Positions 12,326 through 23,270 of a stretch of 64,000 bases of DNA are shown piece by piece. The notes beneath the pieces were generated by a model. The model was not told the origin of the DNA. It ran no database searches and saw only the letters and a list, made by a program, of their open reading frames with translations. Each line of letters starts with the position of its first letter. The first letter of the stretch is position 1. This DNA is from Macrostomum lignano. Lineage: Eukaryota. The stretch spans positions 1-64,000 of the forward strand of contig NIVC01001110.1 of NCBI GenBank assembly GCA_002269645.1, in the 5' to 3' direction. The position numbers were made by a program, and so were the translations under genes.

Positions 12326-13736
12326 TTAGTGCTGGCTCGGCTGCTGGATGGCGCTGCCCCCGATGGCGCGTCCAGCCGTCCCGTTTCCCGAGCTGCCGTT
12401 TTGCTGGGGCACAGTGCTGGCCAACCGTCGATGCGGGCTTTCATCGCTGCGATGCTCACGATTGCACCTGTAGCACATTGCGTTCTGCCGCCGCAGCTGA
12501 TAGGGCGGCGGGCGCAAACTCGTCTGTTGCTGCGACTGCTGCGGCTGCTGATGTTGTCGACGTTGACCTCCTGCTGGCGGTGTCCTCGGCGGCGGGTTGC
12601 TGCCGTCTCGCGGTTGCTGAAGCTGATGGAACTGTTGATGCTGCACATTACGTGTGCCGGGTGTCGTAAATTGGGCGCTTCCGTCGGCGCTGCGGCGAGG
12701 AGTTGGGGGTGCCAAACATCTGGAGCGTTGGCCCCACGAGTCCCGCGGCTGATGGCGAGCTGGTTCCCATGGCTCCGGGGCGTCGTTATCGCGCGATCCC
12801 CGAGAGTAGAACTCTCGCATTTCGTTGCTTAAGGTTTCCAGAATTCGTCGCTGCTCTTGCAGAGTTTCCGCTTGTTGTTCCATCACCTCACGCAACCAGT
12901 TTTCCTCGGGCCGAGATGACTTGGCGTCGTGTTGCACCGCAGTGGGCGTCTGACTGTCGTCATTCTCGAGAACCCGTACATGTCTCGCTGCTGGCGGCGG
13001 TGCTACTCGCTGAGCCAGGCTAGCTGCTGTCTCCAGGCGTAGCACATCCCTTCTCGCGGCAGTCAGATTCTGCGGTCTCACCAGGATTAGCTGTTCTCGG
13101 GCCGACTGGGCGATTCGCACTCCAACCGTGAACTGATCCACCAGTTCAGCCTGCTTCTGAACTGGGTAAAGTGCGGAAACGCTCGATCGGCCAGAGCAAT
13201 TAATCGATCGCCGTAGTCGTCAACGCTCTCATTCTTGCCTTGCTGGCAGCTCCAAAACTGCTCCCGGTACTCCAGCGTGTCGGCTACATGGGTAAAGCGT
13301 TCAGACAATCGCTGTTTGAACTCACCAAACGTTAGGTTGTCTGGCAGCTCCATCCTGACGACTGCGGGATAGGTTGTGGCGATGTCCAAATTCACTAGGA
13401 CCTCCGCCTTCTTTCGTCTGTCGTCTGTGATCCCGTTGAGCTCATAACGCTCCTCGAGAGCCTGGATCCAGACGTCGAATTCCTGGTTTTGGGTGTACCG
13501 CTCAATCTTGACCGGTTTTGGTGCCGGAGCTCGATCCTGCTGCTGGGGCTGCTGGTACACATGGACACATGGTGATGGTGCTGCGGCTGGCCCAGGCTGG
13601 TCTGCTCCAAACGCCGTCGCACCTCGTCGGTCACCGCCCGAATCATCTCGTCGTAGGTCGGTCTCGTTGCTGAATTGTCGGGGCCTGCGGCGTCAGCTGT
13701 TGCCTCCGCGGCCGTTGAATTATTAGTTGAAGCCAT
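12326..13736 (-). pseudogene. Gypsy gag, frameshifted
   Basis: Starts MASTNN (ATG at 13736). Capsid-like IERYTQNQEFDVWIQALEERY..SCQQGKNESVDDYGDRLIALADRAF, then DQFTVGV, a Gln/Pro-rich linker and a degenerate knuckle CYRCNREH. Confidence 0.85.
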
Positions 13737-14118
13737 AGCGTAGATTCTGAACGACTCGTCGAATGGGTTGTGGCGTTTCGATATCCCACTTAGCTGACCA
13801 CCAGTGAGGTGGGGGCTGAGAATGAAAATATATTTGGCGGTAAATTTGGCAGGGTTTGCTGATACCAATGAGGTGGGGCGGTTTTATTTTGAATTGCCGC
13901 CGACGTTGAATTTGCACGAATTAAATCTGGAAATATTGCGCAGACAAATCTCAACGAAATTTCTCCTGTTACTCCGGCTGCCGGGGTCCTCAATTCCGGG
14001 GGGAGGGTAGTTTGGTCGTAGACGAGCAGTCTTTGTTAGGCGCGAGCGTTCAGATAGGGTCCTCAGACACCAAATTGATGTACCTCGAATGCTTGACTGA
14101 TTACTTCCAGTAAAGTAG

Positions 14119-14129
14119 CGCTGCCACCA
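14119..14129 (-). other. Primer-binding site complementary to the tRNA-Leu 3' end
   Basis: Minus strand reads TGGTGGCAGCG. Eukaryotic tRNA-Leu(AAG/TAG) ends ..CCGCTGCCA-CCA (recalled knowledge). It lies ~390 nt upstream of the gag ATG. Confidence 0.75.
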
Positions 14130-14574
14130 CCGTAATTTTGTATTACGGAACGTTGAAGTCTCAGAGCAGTTATACCAGAAAGAGGGACAAAACACGTCAT
14201 AGATTTCGCCGGGGGGGGGTAGACAGGTAGGGCCAGAAATGGGGCGGCGGCAAATGGGAGAGTCCGTAAAATATTATTATGAAATTAAAAAAAATTGTTA
14301 GTGGGAGTCCGCAACTACCACACAAGGCCAGAAAAGGGGTAAGGTAGGCCAGAATGTGGACCGAAAAATATGGCATAGAACTGCGCCATAGGGTAGGCAG
14401 ATAGGGCCACAAACAGGGCAACGGAAAAATGGGAAAGTCTACCGTTAGTCCATAATATGTTATTAGAAAATTTAAAATAATAGAACTTCAAGTGGGAGTT
14501 TGCACTACCAAAGTATGATATAGATATCAACTATGGAAATAATTTATTCTGCTTTCAAAAATAACTGTCCCAAA

Positions 14575-15556
14575 TGTCCCAAAAGTCGGTGCACTTTCTT
14601 TACAACAGCCTTTTCTGACCGATCAGAAATATTTATTTTGTAGCAGTTAACAGAGAATTATCTGCCCGTTAAAATGACTTTCTATTCATTTCTGTATCTG
14701 CTGGCATTCTATAGATATGAGCAATTTTATGCCCCACCCCTGTGCTACTACTCTACAAATTGCCATAGACCAAAGCTTTGTACCTAATGCACGAAACAAC
14801 GAAACATTTAACGAATCAACAAAACATCCGCAGCATGAAATCCGCAGTCCAAAGTTCACTGTTCCATACCGCACCATGACTGCGGAGTTGGAACTGTCAA
14901 AGATCTCGGCCCACTAATTACCGTGGCTCCGCACCTTCTGCACCATGACAATGCAAGTCCCCACACGGCCAAGAATACGGAGGAGACGATCGAGCAGGCA
15001 AATTTTGAGCTGCTCTCACACCAACGCCTTCTCTCCGAATTTGTTGACAGCTGACTTTTCCATCTTTTTAAAGATAAAGAAGCTGCTGCATGGACGAATC
15101 TTTGCTTGTTGTGGGAGCCTAGGGAAGCATTGACTCGCCAAGTTCTCCTTCATGGTATGCCGCGCTCAGATATTGCTGATGCCCTTGACGACATGCACAG
15201 CTGATAGCAGAAGTGTGCAGCGCAGTGGTGACTATGTGGAGAAGCCTCAGGACAATTTTGATGATTAACTTTTGACTGTTCTTTCCTCAGCTTTCATGCT
15301 GCGGATGTTTTATTGATTCGTTGATTGTTTCGTGCATCAGGTACAAAGCTTTGGTCTATGGTAATTTGTAGAAGTAGCACAGGTGGTGGGGCATAAAATT
15401 GCTCATATCTATATAATGCCAGCAGATACAGAAATAAATAGAAAGTCATTTTAACGGGCAGATAATTCTCTTGTTAACTGATACAAAATAAATATTTCTG
15501 ATCGGTCAGAAAAGGCTGTAGTGAAGAAAGTGCACCGACTTTTAAGACACCCCTCG
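14575..15556 (+). mobile_element. Internally deleted mariner (Tc1/mariner) element with long inverted arms
   Basis: 14575-14840 and 15292-15550 are near-perfect inverted repeats. The right end reads inward (TA)CGAGGGGTGTCTTAAAAGT, mariner-type, with TA at 15557-15558. Transposase remnants: LHHDNASPHTAK..FELLSH and, after a frameshift, AFSPNLLTADFSIFLKIKKLLHGRIF (HDNARPH and YSPDLAPSDF motifs) at ~14935-15105. Confidence 0.88.
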
Positions 15557-16146
15557 TATCCTTCAAAAATTCTAGCTATAGGGGCCTACACCTAACCATG
15601 GCCTAGGCCATAGCTATAAATAATTTTTTGTAGCTCATATTATAATTATCTAAAAAGGGCTATTGAAATAGTATTCTATTTTTTATAGAAAAAATATAAA
15701 ATGATTATGTTTTCTTTTTTAGCTCAATGTATACTTTATTATTTCATTATTTATTTTAGTACACTATCTTTGCTGTATCAAAATATTATACTCTAGTTTA
15801 CTTTTATGCTGTTTTTAGCCTCTACTTTTAAATATACTTTTATGTGATATAAACTTTGTTTACTTTCTTTTGTATCCCCAAAATTATATATTGATTGGTT
15901 AAAAGTTTAGTATTATGTATAGGCAGCCTTCCTATAAATCATCTAAATAAGATATATTTAAATAGTTTAAGAATCAGTACAGTTTATTATCTAAATATTT
16001 AAGAAAAATATCCTTTTTTGTTTCCAAGCTTTTAATAGCAAGTTTATAATCCAATGCAAATGCATGTTGCTGCTAGGTGTCAGCAACTAAAGCAGTCGTC
16101 TGCTAAGATAAAATAGCCAAGTCTAAAAGTGAACATTTTTGAAGCA

Positions 16147-18733
16147 ATGTCCAGTTGCTACAACTGCGGAGAGGTTGGCCACTTTGCCCGCGACTGTCCC
16201 AATGAACGAGGCGACGGTGCTGGCGCTGCTGGCCAACAAAGAAAAACCGGCCGAGGCGGTGGCGGCGGCGGGCGAGGTCGCGGTCGCGGTCGCAGTCGAC
16301 GAGCCAACCGGCAAGATGGAGGCAGCGACGGCGGCGGTATTGTTGACAATAACGGCGTGCCGGTGTGCTTCAAGTGCAACCGATCCGGCCACCTGGCCCG
16401 CAACTGCTACCGGGGCGGCCTGACCCGCTGCTACAAGTGCAACTGCCTTGGCCATGTGGCCAGTCAATGCCAGCGAGATATTGTTGCCGGGGCCTGCTAC
16501 AACTGCGGCTCGTCTGAGCACATTCAGCGCGACTGTCCGGATCCTTTGGTGAAATCTTGCTACAGGTTTGCATTTTGTTCCTTGCATTGTTTGCCATGGG
16601 GAAAATGTTGTACGTTTTACGAGCATATCATGCGCTATATTCCCTCACGCTCACTTCTCTGCCTCTTTCTCTGCCTCCCTTTCTCTGCCTCCCTTTCTCT
16701 GCCTCCCTTTCTCTGCCTCCCTTTCTCTGCCTCCCTTTCTCTGCCTCCCTTTCTCTGCCTCCCTTTCTCTGCCTCCCTTTCTCTGCCTCCCTTTCTCTGC
16801 CTCTCTTTCTCTGCCTCCCTTTCTCTGCCTCTTTCTCTGCCTCCCTTTCTCTGCCTCTCTTTCTCTGCCTCCCCTTTCTCTGCCTCCCTTTCTCTGCCTC
16901 CCTTTCTCTGCCTCTTTCTCTGCCTCCCTTTCTCTGCCTCCCTTTCTCTGCCTCTTTCTCTGCCTCCCTTTCTCTGCCTTCCCTTTATCTGCCTCCCCTT
17001 CTCTGCCTCCCTATTCTACCGATCATGTATCAACCGTCCTCCACTGAGACTTAATTAATCCTGATTATTTAAGGATTCGTGGCCATACTTTTTTGTCGCC
17101 AATACGACTGCATCAACAGGGAATGTGCTATAAAATCCATCTGCTCTTTAGTTATTTGCTCTGCAAGCCTATAATTGAGTTTACAAGCAAATGAGAGCTA
17201 GTCTAGTAGGCTACAAGAAAACAGATTATTTCAATCGCTTACTGTCTTGAGTAGCACTATTAGGATTTTGTCATCCATTCTTATACCCAATTTGCCTGAA
17301 ACAGATGCGGCGACAAAACTCACCTGGCCAAAGATTGCCCGAATAGCGCAGCGGAGGATCGGTCTTGCTACAACTGCGGCCAAGTCGGCCATCTGAGCCG
17401 CGAGTGCACGCAGGCTAAAACTGGACAGCCAATCTGCTATAAGTAAGTGTAGCCCTGTGCGCTTGGAGCTCCCCAGTTGCTGGGCCAGCCTCCCAGATCC
17501 CCAGTTGCTGGGCCAGCCTCCCAGATCCCCAGTTGCTGGGCCAGCCTCCCAGATCCCAGTTGCTGGGCCAGCCTCCCAGAGTGTCAGTTGCTGGGCCAGC
17601 CTCCCAGATCCCCAGTTGCTGGGCCAGTCTCCCAGATCCCCAGTTGCTGGGCCAGCCTCCCAGAGTGTCAGTTGCTGGGCCAGCCTCCCAGATCCTCAGT
17701 TGCTGGGCCAGCCTCCCAGATCCTCAGTTGTTGGGCCAGCCTCCCAGATCCCCAGTTGCTGGGCCAGCCTCCCAGATCCCCAGTTGCTGGGCCAGCCTCC
17801 CAGAGTGTCAGTTGCTGGGCCAGCCTCCCAGATCCACAGTTGCTGGGCCAGCCTCCCAGATCCCCAGTTGCTGGGCCAGCCTCCCAGAGTGTCAGTTGCT
17901 GGGCCAGCCTCCCAGATCCCCAGTTGCTGGGCCAGCCTCCCAGATCCTCAGTTGCTGGGCCAGCCTCCCAGATCCTCAGTTGCTGTGCCAGCCTCCCAGA
18001 TCCCCAGTTGCTGGGCCAGCCTCCCAGATCCCCAGTTGCTGTGCCAGCCTCCCAGATCCCCAGTTGCTGGGCCAGCCTCCCAGATCCCCAGTTGCTGGGC
18101 CAGCCTCCCAGATCCCCAGTTGCTGGGCCAGCCTCCCAGATCCCCAGTTGCTGGGCCAGTCTCCCAGATCCCCAGTTGCTGGGCCAGCCTCCCAGATCCC
18201 CAGTTGCTGGGCCAGCCTCCCAGATCCCCAGTTGCTGGGCCAGCCTCCCAGATCCCCAGTTGCTGGGCCAGCCTCCCAGATCCCCAGTTGCTGGGCCAGC
18301 CTCCCAGATCCCCAGTTGCTGGGCCAGCCTCCCAGATCCCCAGTTGCTGGGCCAGCCTCCCAGATCCCAGTTGCTGGGCCAGCCTCCCAGATCCCCAGTT
18401 GCTGGGCCAGCCTCCCAGATCCCCAGTTGCTGGGCCAGCCTCCCAGATCCCAGTTGCTGGGCCAGCCTCCCAGATCCCCAGTTGCTGGGCCAGCCTCCCA
18501 GATCCCCAGTTGCTGGGCCAGCCTCCCAGATCCCCAGTTGCTGGGCCAGCCTCCCAGATCCCCAGTTGCTGGGCCAGCCTCCCAGAACCTCAGTCACCCA
18601 GCTCGCAGCATATTTGCATATACTCGAAAGCAAAATGTCAATCTTCACTAACAGCTGCCAGAAGCCGGGCCATGTATCCAAAGAGTGCCCAGACAAGGCG
18701 GACGCTGAGCAGGGCATCCCAGTCAGCGAATGA
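16147..18733 (+). CDS. CNBP: CCHC zinc-knuckle nucleic-acid-binding protein, CNBP/ZNF9 orthologue, 211 aa
   Basis: Exons 16147-16565, 17305-17442 and 18655-18733 (636 nt; both introns GT-AG, phase 2). Seven CX2CX4HX4C knuckles with an RGG/Gly-rich box between knuckles 1 and 2, the CNBP architecture. Confidence 0.93.
16655..17012. repeat. 14-bp pyrimidine minisatellite in CNBP intron 1
   Basis: Unit CTGCCTCCCTTTCT, ~25 copies with variants. Confidence 0.97.
17468..18590. repeat. 28-bp minisatellite in CNBP intron 2
   Basis: Unit CCCCAGTTGCTGGGCCAGCCTCCCAGAT, ~40 copies; explains the 28-aa periodic ORFs. Confidence 0.98.
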
Positions 18734-19209
18734 GACAACAAAACAATAAACAAATAAACAAATAGAAAAGCAAAGATTTTATTTCCTGGTTAGTTCGAGT
18801 CTGTTGCTGCTGTTCATTTTTACCATGTTAGGTTCTGTTGAATCTATTTAATAGCTACCTAAAAACCATCCCCTTAGTAACGTATTGATATACTGCCGGC
18901 CTTGCGCTCCTACTAATATTGTTATAATTAACATTCGGGATGTTACCTGGCCTTTTCTGACTTCCCAGACTGTTTTGCCACAATTTTGCATTGAGCGTAT
19001 TATTTAACTTCAATTGGTCGGCTTTCATTCGGTAGATTATTGGCATAAATCATATCATTTTTATTACTAGGGGTAAGACTGTGTCTTTGTGTTCGCATAG
19101 CTTCATGTCCATTCATTCAGACCGCTCGCACCATGGCGTCTTGCTTGTTTTATAATTTGTGATTATTATTTTATATAGATAATTTCTGTTCTTTTTGATT
19201 TTGCTTATC

Positions 19210-19444
<235 letters not shown>

Positions 19445-20446
19445 TCTATATTTGAAATGAGATGTAAAGATTCCCTGCTATATTTAAATCGGATTGCAAT
19501 TGGTTGTCAGTAATATAGGAATTATTATTGTTTTAATGCATCGTTTCAGTATAGATTTAGTTATGTATTTCCGCGTGAGAGACTTCACAATCACTTCAAC
19601 GGGACCCTGAGTCGTCTAAGAGTTCGTTGGTGTTGGCGCTTAAGTTTCTACTAAATACTTGAATATACTAAAAACTATAAAAGACTCAATAGAGTTATAG
19701 ACGCAACTCAGTGGTTCTACAGCGACTCTAGCACGCCTCAGACACGGCTCTGCGGTTCCAAAGTCGTGACATTTCGTCGTTTTATAATCTTCTAGAGTCA
19801 CCTATTTTATCTGTGTTACCTGCAAACGACTCTGAGGCGATGCATGCCCTCTTAATATACTTTTGATTGCGGACTCGTCTAACTAAGCTTTTACTTATTG
19901 TTTTGTCTAGCTAAAAAGAAATAAAAGATATCTGATTAAAACAAATCGAGTTTCTCCTAACCCAAAAGGTTCTGGTGCGTTTTTTACTCTCTGTTTTGCT
20001 TCAAATCAATCCAAGATTTCTCTGCTTTACTGCTTTACAGTTTAGCCAGCAGTGTAATTTTATCTAAACCGGTTTGGTTTATCAAACGCTATAGAGATTT
20101 CTTTCATTCTTTCTTGCTCAAGTTTCTAGCATAAGCAATGCAGATTAAAAACCAGTGAAAGCATTGCACATTTATCCGCTGATAAACACCGTAGGCTGTG
20201 AATTCCAGTTTTCTGGGTTTCTCTGATCCAGTTTCAGCTTGCATTTATAAAAAAATTAAAACAACAAAAAAGACAAAACCGAGTCGAGAACCAACCAATA
20301 TTGCTTATTATGTTTGCTTTGTCCAGCAGTAGCGGCTTTGTCATGTGGTTTGATACGTTTCTTCTAACTATTAATAATATTACTTATTATATGTAGTCTG
20401 TGGGTGTCTAAAATAAGAGTTAAGCAACTCCGTTAATACGATGGCA

Positions 20447-21001
20447 TCAGACCCCGGCCCCGGTCGGCTTCTTGTCTGTCGAAGCCTTGCGAGCGTCAGC
20501 AGACGACTTGCGATTGTCCACAGAGGACTTCCTGCTGGCCGGCTTCTCTGGCGGAATGATCAGCACGGGCCGGTGGGCGTGGTGCAGCACGTAGTCGGAC
20601 ACGCTGCCAAGGAATGTACGGCGCAGAGTGCCCATTCCGCGGTTGCCCATGATGATGATGCTGACGTTCTCCTCTTTGGCCACCTCGACAATTGACTGGC
20701 CGGGATTGTTGGTCACTCGTTCCACGAATTTGGTCTCGTTATTGACGCCCAGCTGGCGGCAGCGCTCCCGCACCGCTTTGCCAATCTGGCTGCCGGCTTT
20801 CATTGCGTCCTTCATCATGTTGGCGTACACTTCGGAGTTGGCCATCAGGCTGGCGCCGGTGCCCCGCGGCAGCGCCGGCGGCTCGATGGCGTACGTGAAG
20901 ATGAGAACATCGGACGACTTGTTCATGTTGTCGGCGTAAAAGGCCACGGCCCGATGGCTGTGGTCGCTGCCGTCCACAGCGATAAGAATGCGCCGGGTCA
21001 T
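20447..21001 (-). CDS. Universal stress protein (UspA family, ATP-binding type), intronless, 184 aa
   Basis: N-terminal RILIAVDGS; C-terminal IIIMGNRGMGTLRRTFLGSVSDYVLHHAHRPVLIIP containing the G-2X-G-9X-GS motif. Confidence 0.96.
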   Translation of the reverse strand: MTRRILIAVDGSDHSHRAVAFYADNMNKSSDVLIFTYAIEPPALPRGTGASLMANSEVYANMMKDAMKAGSQIGKAVRERCRQLGVNNETKFVERVTNNPGQSIVEVAKEENVSIIIMGNRGMGTLRRTFLGSVSDYVLHHAHRPVLIIPPEKPASRKSSVDNRKSSADARKASTDKKPTGAGV

Positions 21002-21519
21002 GGCACGGCTTTCTCGGCTATTGCTTGTTGGCTCAACGGAGTTTGAGAATTCTATTTTTTAAAGATTTAGAGCGAGGCTTCGCCTACACTTTTATGCACA
21101 GGCGTCGAGGAGGGGCAATGCAGAGAGGTTGGAAATGCTCTGTGACTTATGGTCTATTTCCAACGCTATTCTTATCCGTATCGGCGTGTTTAGTCTTCAT
21201 GGTTCTTTTTAATCTAATCTCGATTTTCGCTCAATTATCAGTGTGTATATTTCTCCGAAAGAGCTGCACGTCCGAATATAAAAATTATGGCAGCTGAAAT
21301 AACTAATAATACATGTATTCGTCGAAACCTTTAGAAATTGGAAAAAATTTGCGAATGCTTATAACTTTACCCCTTGAAATGTTGTGGTTCAGGGTAAGCG
21401 TCAAACAATTCAGTCATTCTAAGCTCCTGATCCCTAACCCCAAAATCCTTAAACTTGTTATTACACATGTACGTACCCTTTGTTGTAACTGTGTTTGTAG
21501 TGCATGTTCGTGTACTAAA

Positions 21520-21785
21520 GGGGGTTGTAGCCTAGTGGTTAGAGCGTCGGAGTCACAACGTGAAGGTCGAGGGTTTGATTCCCAATCCCGAGATTCAACT
21601 AGTAGAACAATGTGTGTCCTTCAGCAAGACGACGATCTGCATTGCTTCAGTTCACCCAGCTGTAAAATGGGTGCCAGCATTAGCTGGGGTAACTGAGGCT
21701 GTGTGTGGCGACCCCCAAGTCCCTCGACTGAACAGCCGTAGCAGCCTTCAGATACGCCGCGTAATATACGAGCGTACATGTAACT
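21520..21785 (+). mobile_element. tRNA-derived SINE with a CORE-like central domain
   Basis: The head GGGGTTGTAGCCTAGTGGTTAGAGCG..GGGTTTGATTCCC has Pol III A and B boxes but broken stems. It is followed by TGTGTCCTTCAGCAAGAC..GCTTCAGTTCACCCAGCTGTAAAATGGGT, which resembles the CORE-SINE consensus as recalled. The 3' end is approximate. Confidence 0.75.
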
Positions 21786-22037
21786 GCGGCTGAGCTGTCG
21801 GTTTCACATCTGCCCGTTAGGACAAATTGTTTTTCGTCCTAAAATAATATGATGGGTTCGGCCTTTTTAAGCCTGTAGCTTCGGGCCTCGGAACTCAGAA
21901 ATGAATCACTTAAAGCTCCGGCCTCTCACTCCTGTCAGATGGTCAGCCCCGTGGTAGCAAGATTGTGGGCGAGCAGCAAGGTCCTATAGCTAGGAGAAGA
22001 CAGCGAGAGACAAGCAGGGAGAATTAGATTAACTAAC

Positions 22038-23270
22038 CCGCTGCCACCAGTCCGTGCGCCCCAGCTCACCAAACCGGAGCTATCGAAATCGGACTTCCGA
22101 CTAGAGGGGCAAGGCACTTACCTGCCACCCCCCAGTCCTCAGTCTTTTAGCTGTCTATCTCGAAGTCATAGCCGAATAGAAGGGACGCTGCTGGGACTAA
22201 GATCACATTGGCCATGCAGGGACAGAGAGGACTTTTGCAGGATGTTCTTGCGCTGGCGAGCCTTCATACACTATACTAAATGTACTACTTCATTACCAAT
22301 TCCCATAAGTACATGTACAAGTACATGTAACTGCACACTTTTGGCACTAAATGTGTTAACGCGTCGACAGATAGCGATGATGTAGGTGTATTGCCGCCTT
22401 TGGAGATCTCTAGACTAACATTTAACTCGTTTTAGCCGCTTAGCTGCCTGAGACTGCGCGAAAGCACAAGTCTGGCACTTAGGTTGCATGCTTATCATGA
22501 TTTCCGAGATCGACTGATTGACTGGGGACTGTGCCGGTTCCGGTCCACTGTGACCTCTGCTCCTAGATCTAGCCACTCATCTCAGCTGGCATTGCGAAAA
22601 AGAAAGAAAACGCTAAGTCTAACTTCCAGATTTAACTTTCTTACTTAATCCGCAATCCTAAACGCCTTAGATTGAGTCAGAGCAAATAGCTACTTTTAGT
22701 ATTAAATGACACTTCTGCCTCGAGTTTGGCACACAAAAAGCAAGTAAGCAAAAGTGCAAATCCTATCAGACTACCTAGGAAGGGGTTAAACAAAGGGCGC
22801 ACCCAGTTAAGCAGGTCAAGAAAGCCTTTCACCAAGCCAATCAGAGGACCTAACTGCCGGTAGCCAAGGGATCCGCAGAGACCGAAGCGCTCGGATGGGA
22901 TGCTGCTGCTGATCTTAGCTGACGAGTGCCGCCGGTACTCTTCACTTTCCGGTTGTCGTTGCTGCTCTTAGATCACTGCCGGGAGATATTGATAATGCTT
23001 CTCAGGGGGAACTTAGCTGTTGAAGCCGAAACTGCCGGGGGAAGTGGAATCAGGTCGGCAGGACCCGAAGGGAGAAGAGCCTGAAGGCAGTATCAGGCCC
23101 CGAGTTCTTTCGAGCACGGGTCGAATTGCCGCCTTTTTATAGCTCTCATGCGGCCGATTTGTTATAACGCGCGCCGAATTTTCTGATTGGCTGAGAGCTT
23201 TTGTTAAAATAGGCGCCAAATTTTCTGATTGGACGAGCCGGGGGCAGTCAGGTCGTCTCTGATTGGCTGA
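22038..23270 (-). mobile_element. Probable LTR fragment with promoter and downstream tRNA-Leu-type PBS
   Basis: On the minus strand: 3 CCAAT boxes, then a TATA box, a CAG|GTAAGT donor (GT at 22121-22120) and TGGTGGCAGCGG (22049-22038). No coding remnants or partner LTR recognised. Confidence 0.4.
23131..23270 (-). promoter_or_regulatory. Pol II promoter-like module: 3 x CCAATCAG + TATAAAAA
   Basis: CTGATTGG on + with ATTGG at 23186-23190, 23228-23232 and 23262-23266; GCTATAAAAAGGC on minus at 23131-23143. Confidence 0.6.

Larger units (their letters stand above)
8175..14322 (-). mobile_element. Ty3/Gypsy LTR retrotransposon, inactivated (gag-PR-RT-RH-IN order)
   Basis: Gag, protease LLDTGS, RT YLDD, RNase H and integrase HHCC/DDE occur in Gypsy order on the minus strand. 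PBS at 14119-14129; LTR-like segment 14130-14322. Multiple frameshifts and in-frame stops (11149-11151, 10375-10377). 3' LTR and PPT not unambiguously located. Confidence 0.95.

Noticed and set aside
8373-13726. Plus-strand ORFs overlapping the retrotransposon (e.g. 8373-8765, 12248-12832)
   Set aside because: Antisense shadows of GC-rich gag-pol coding sequence, with no motifs.
16129-17058. 309-aa ORF as the complete zinc-knuckle protein
   Set aside because: It reads through the donor at 16566 into the 14-bp repeat; the spliced model gives complete knuckles 5-7.
17457-18753. Long ORFs of 360-430 aa on both strands
   Set aside because: Translations of the 28-bp intronic minisatellite; only 18655-18733 is a real CNBP exon.
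20447-21001. USP as recent bacterial horizontal transfer or contamination
   Set aside because: USP families are native and often expanded in non-ecdysozoan invertebrates, and the gene sits among spliced host genes; being intronless alone is insufficient.
21520-21592. Functional tRNA gene
   Set aside because: Anticodon and acceptor stems do not pair, there is no poly-T terminator, and it continues into a SINE core domain.
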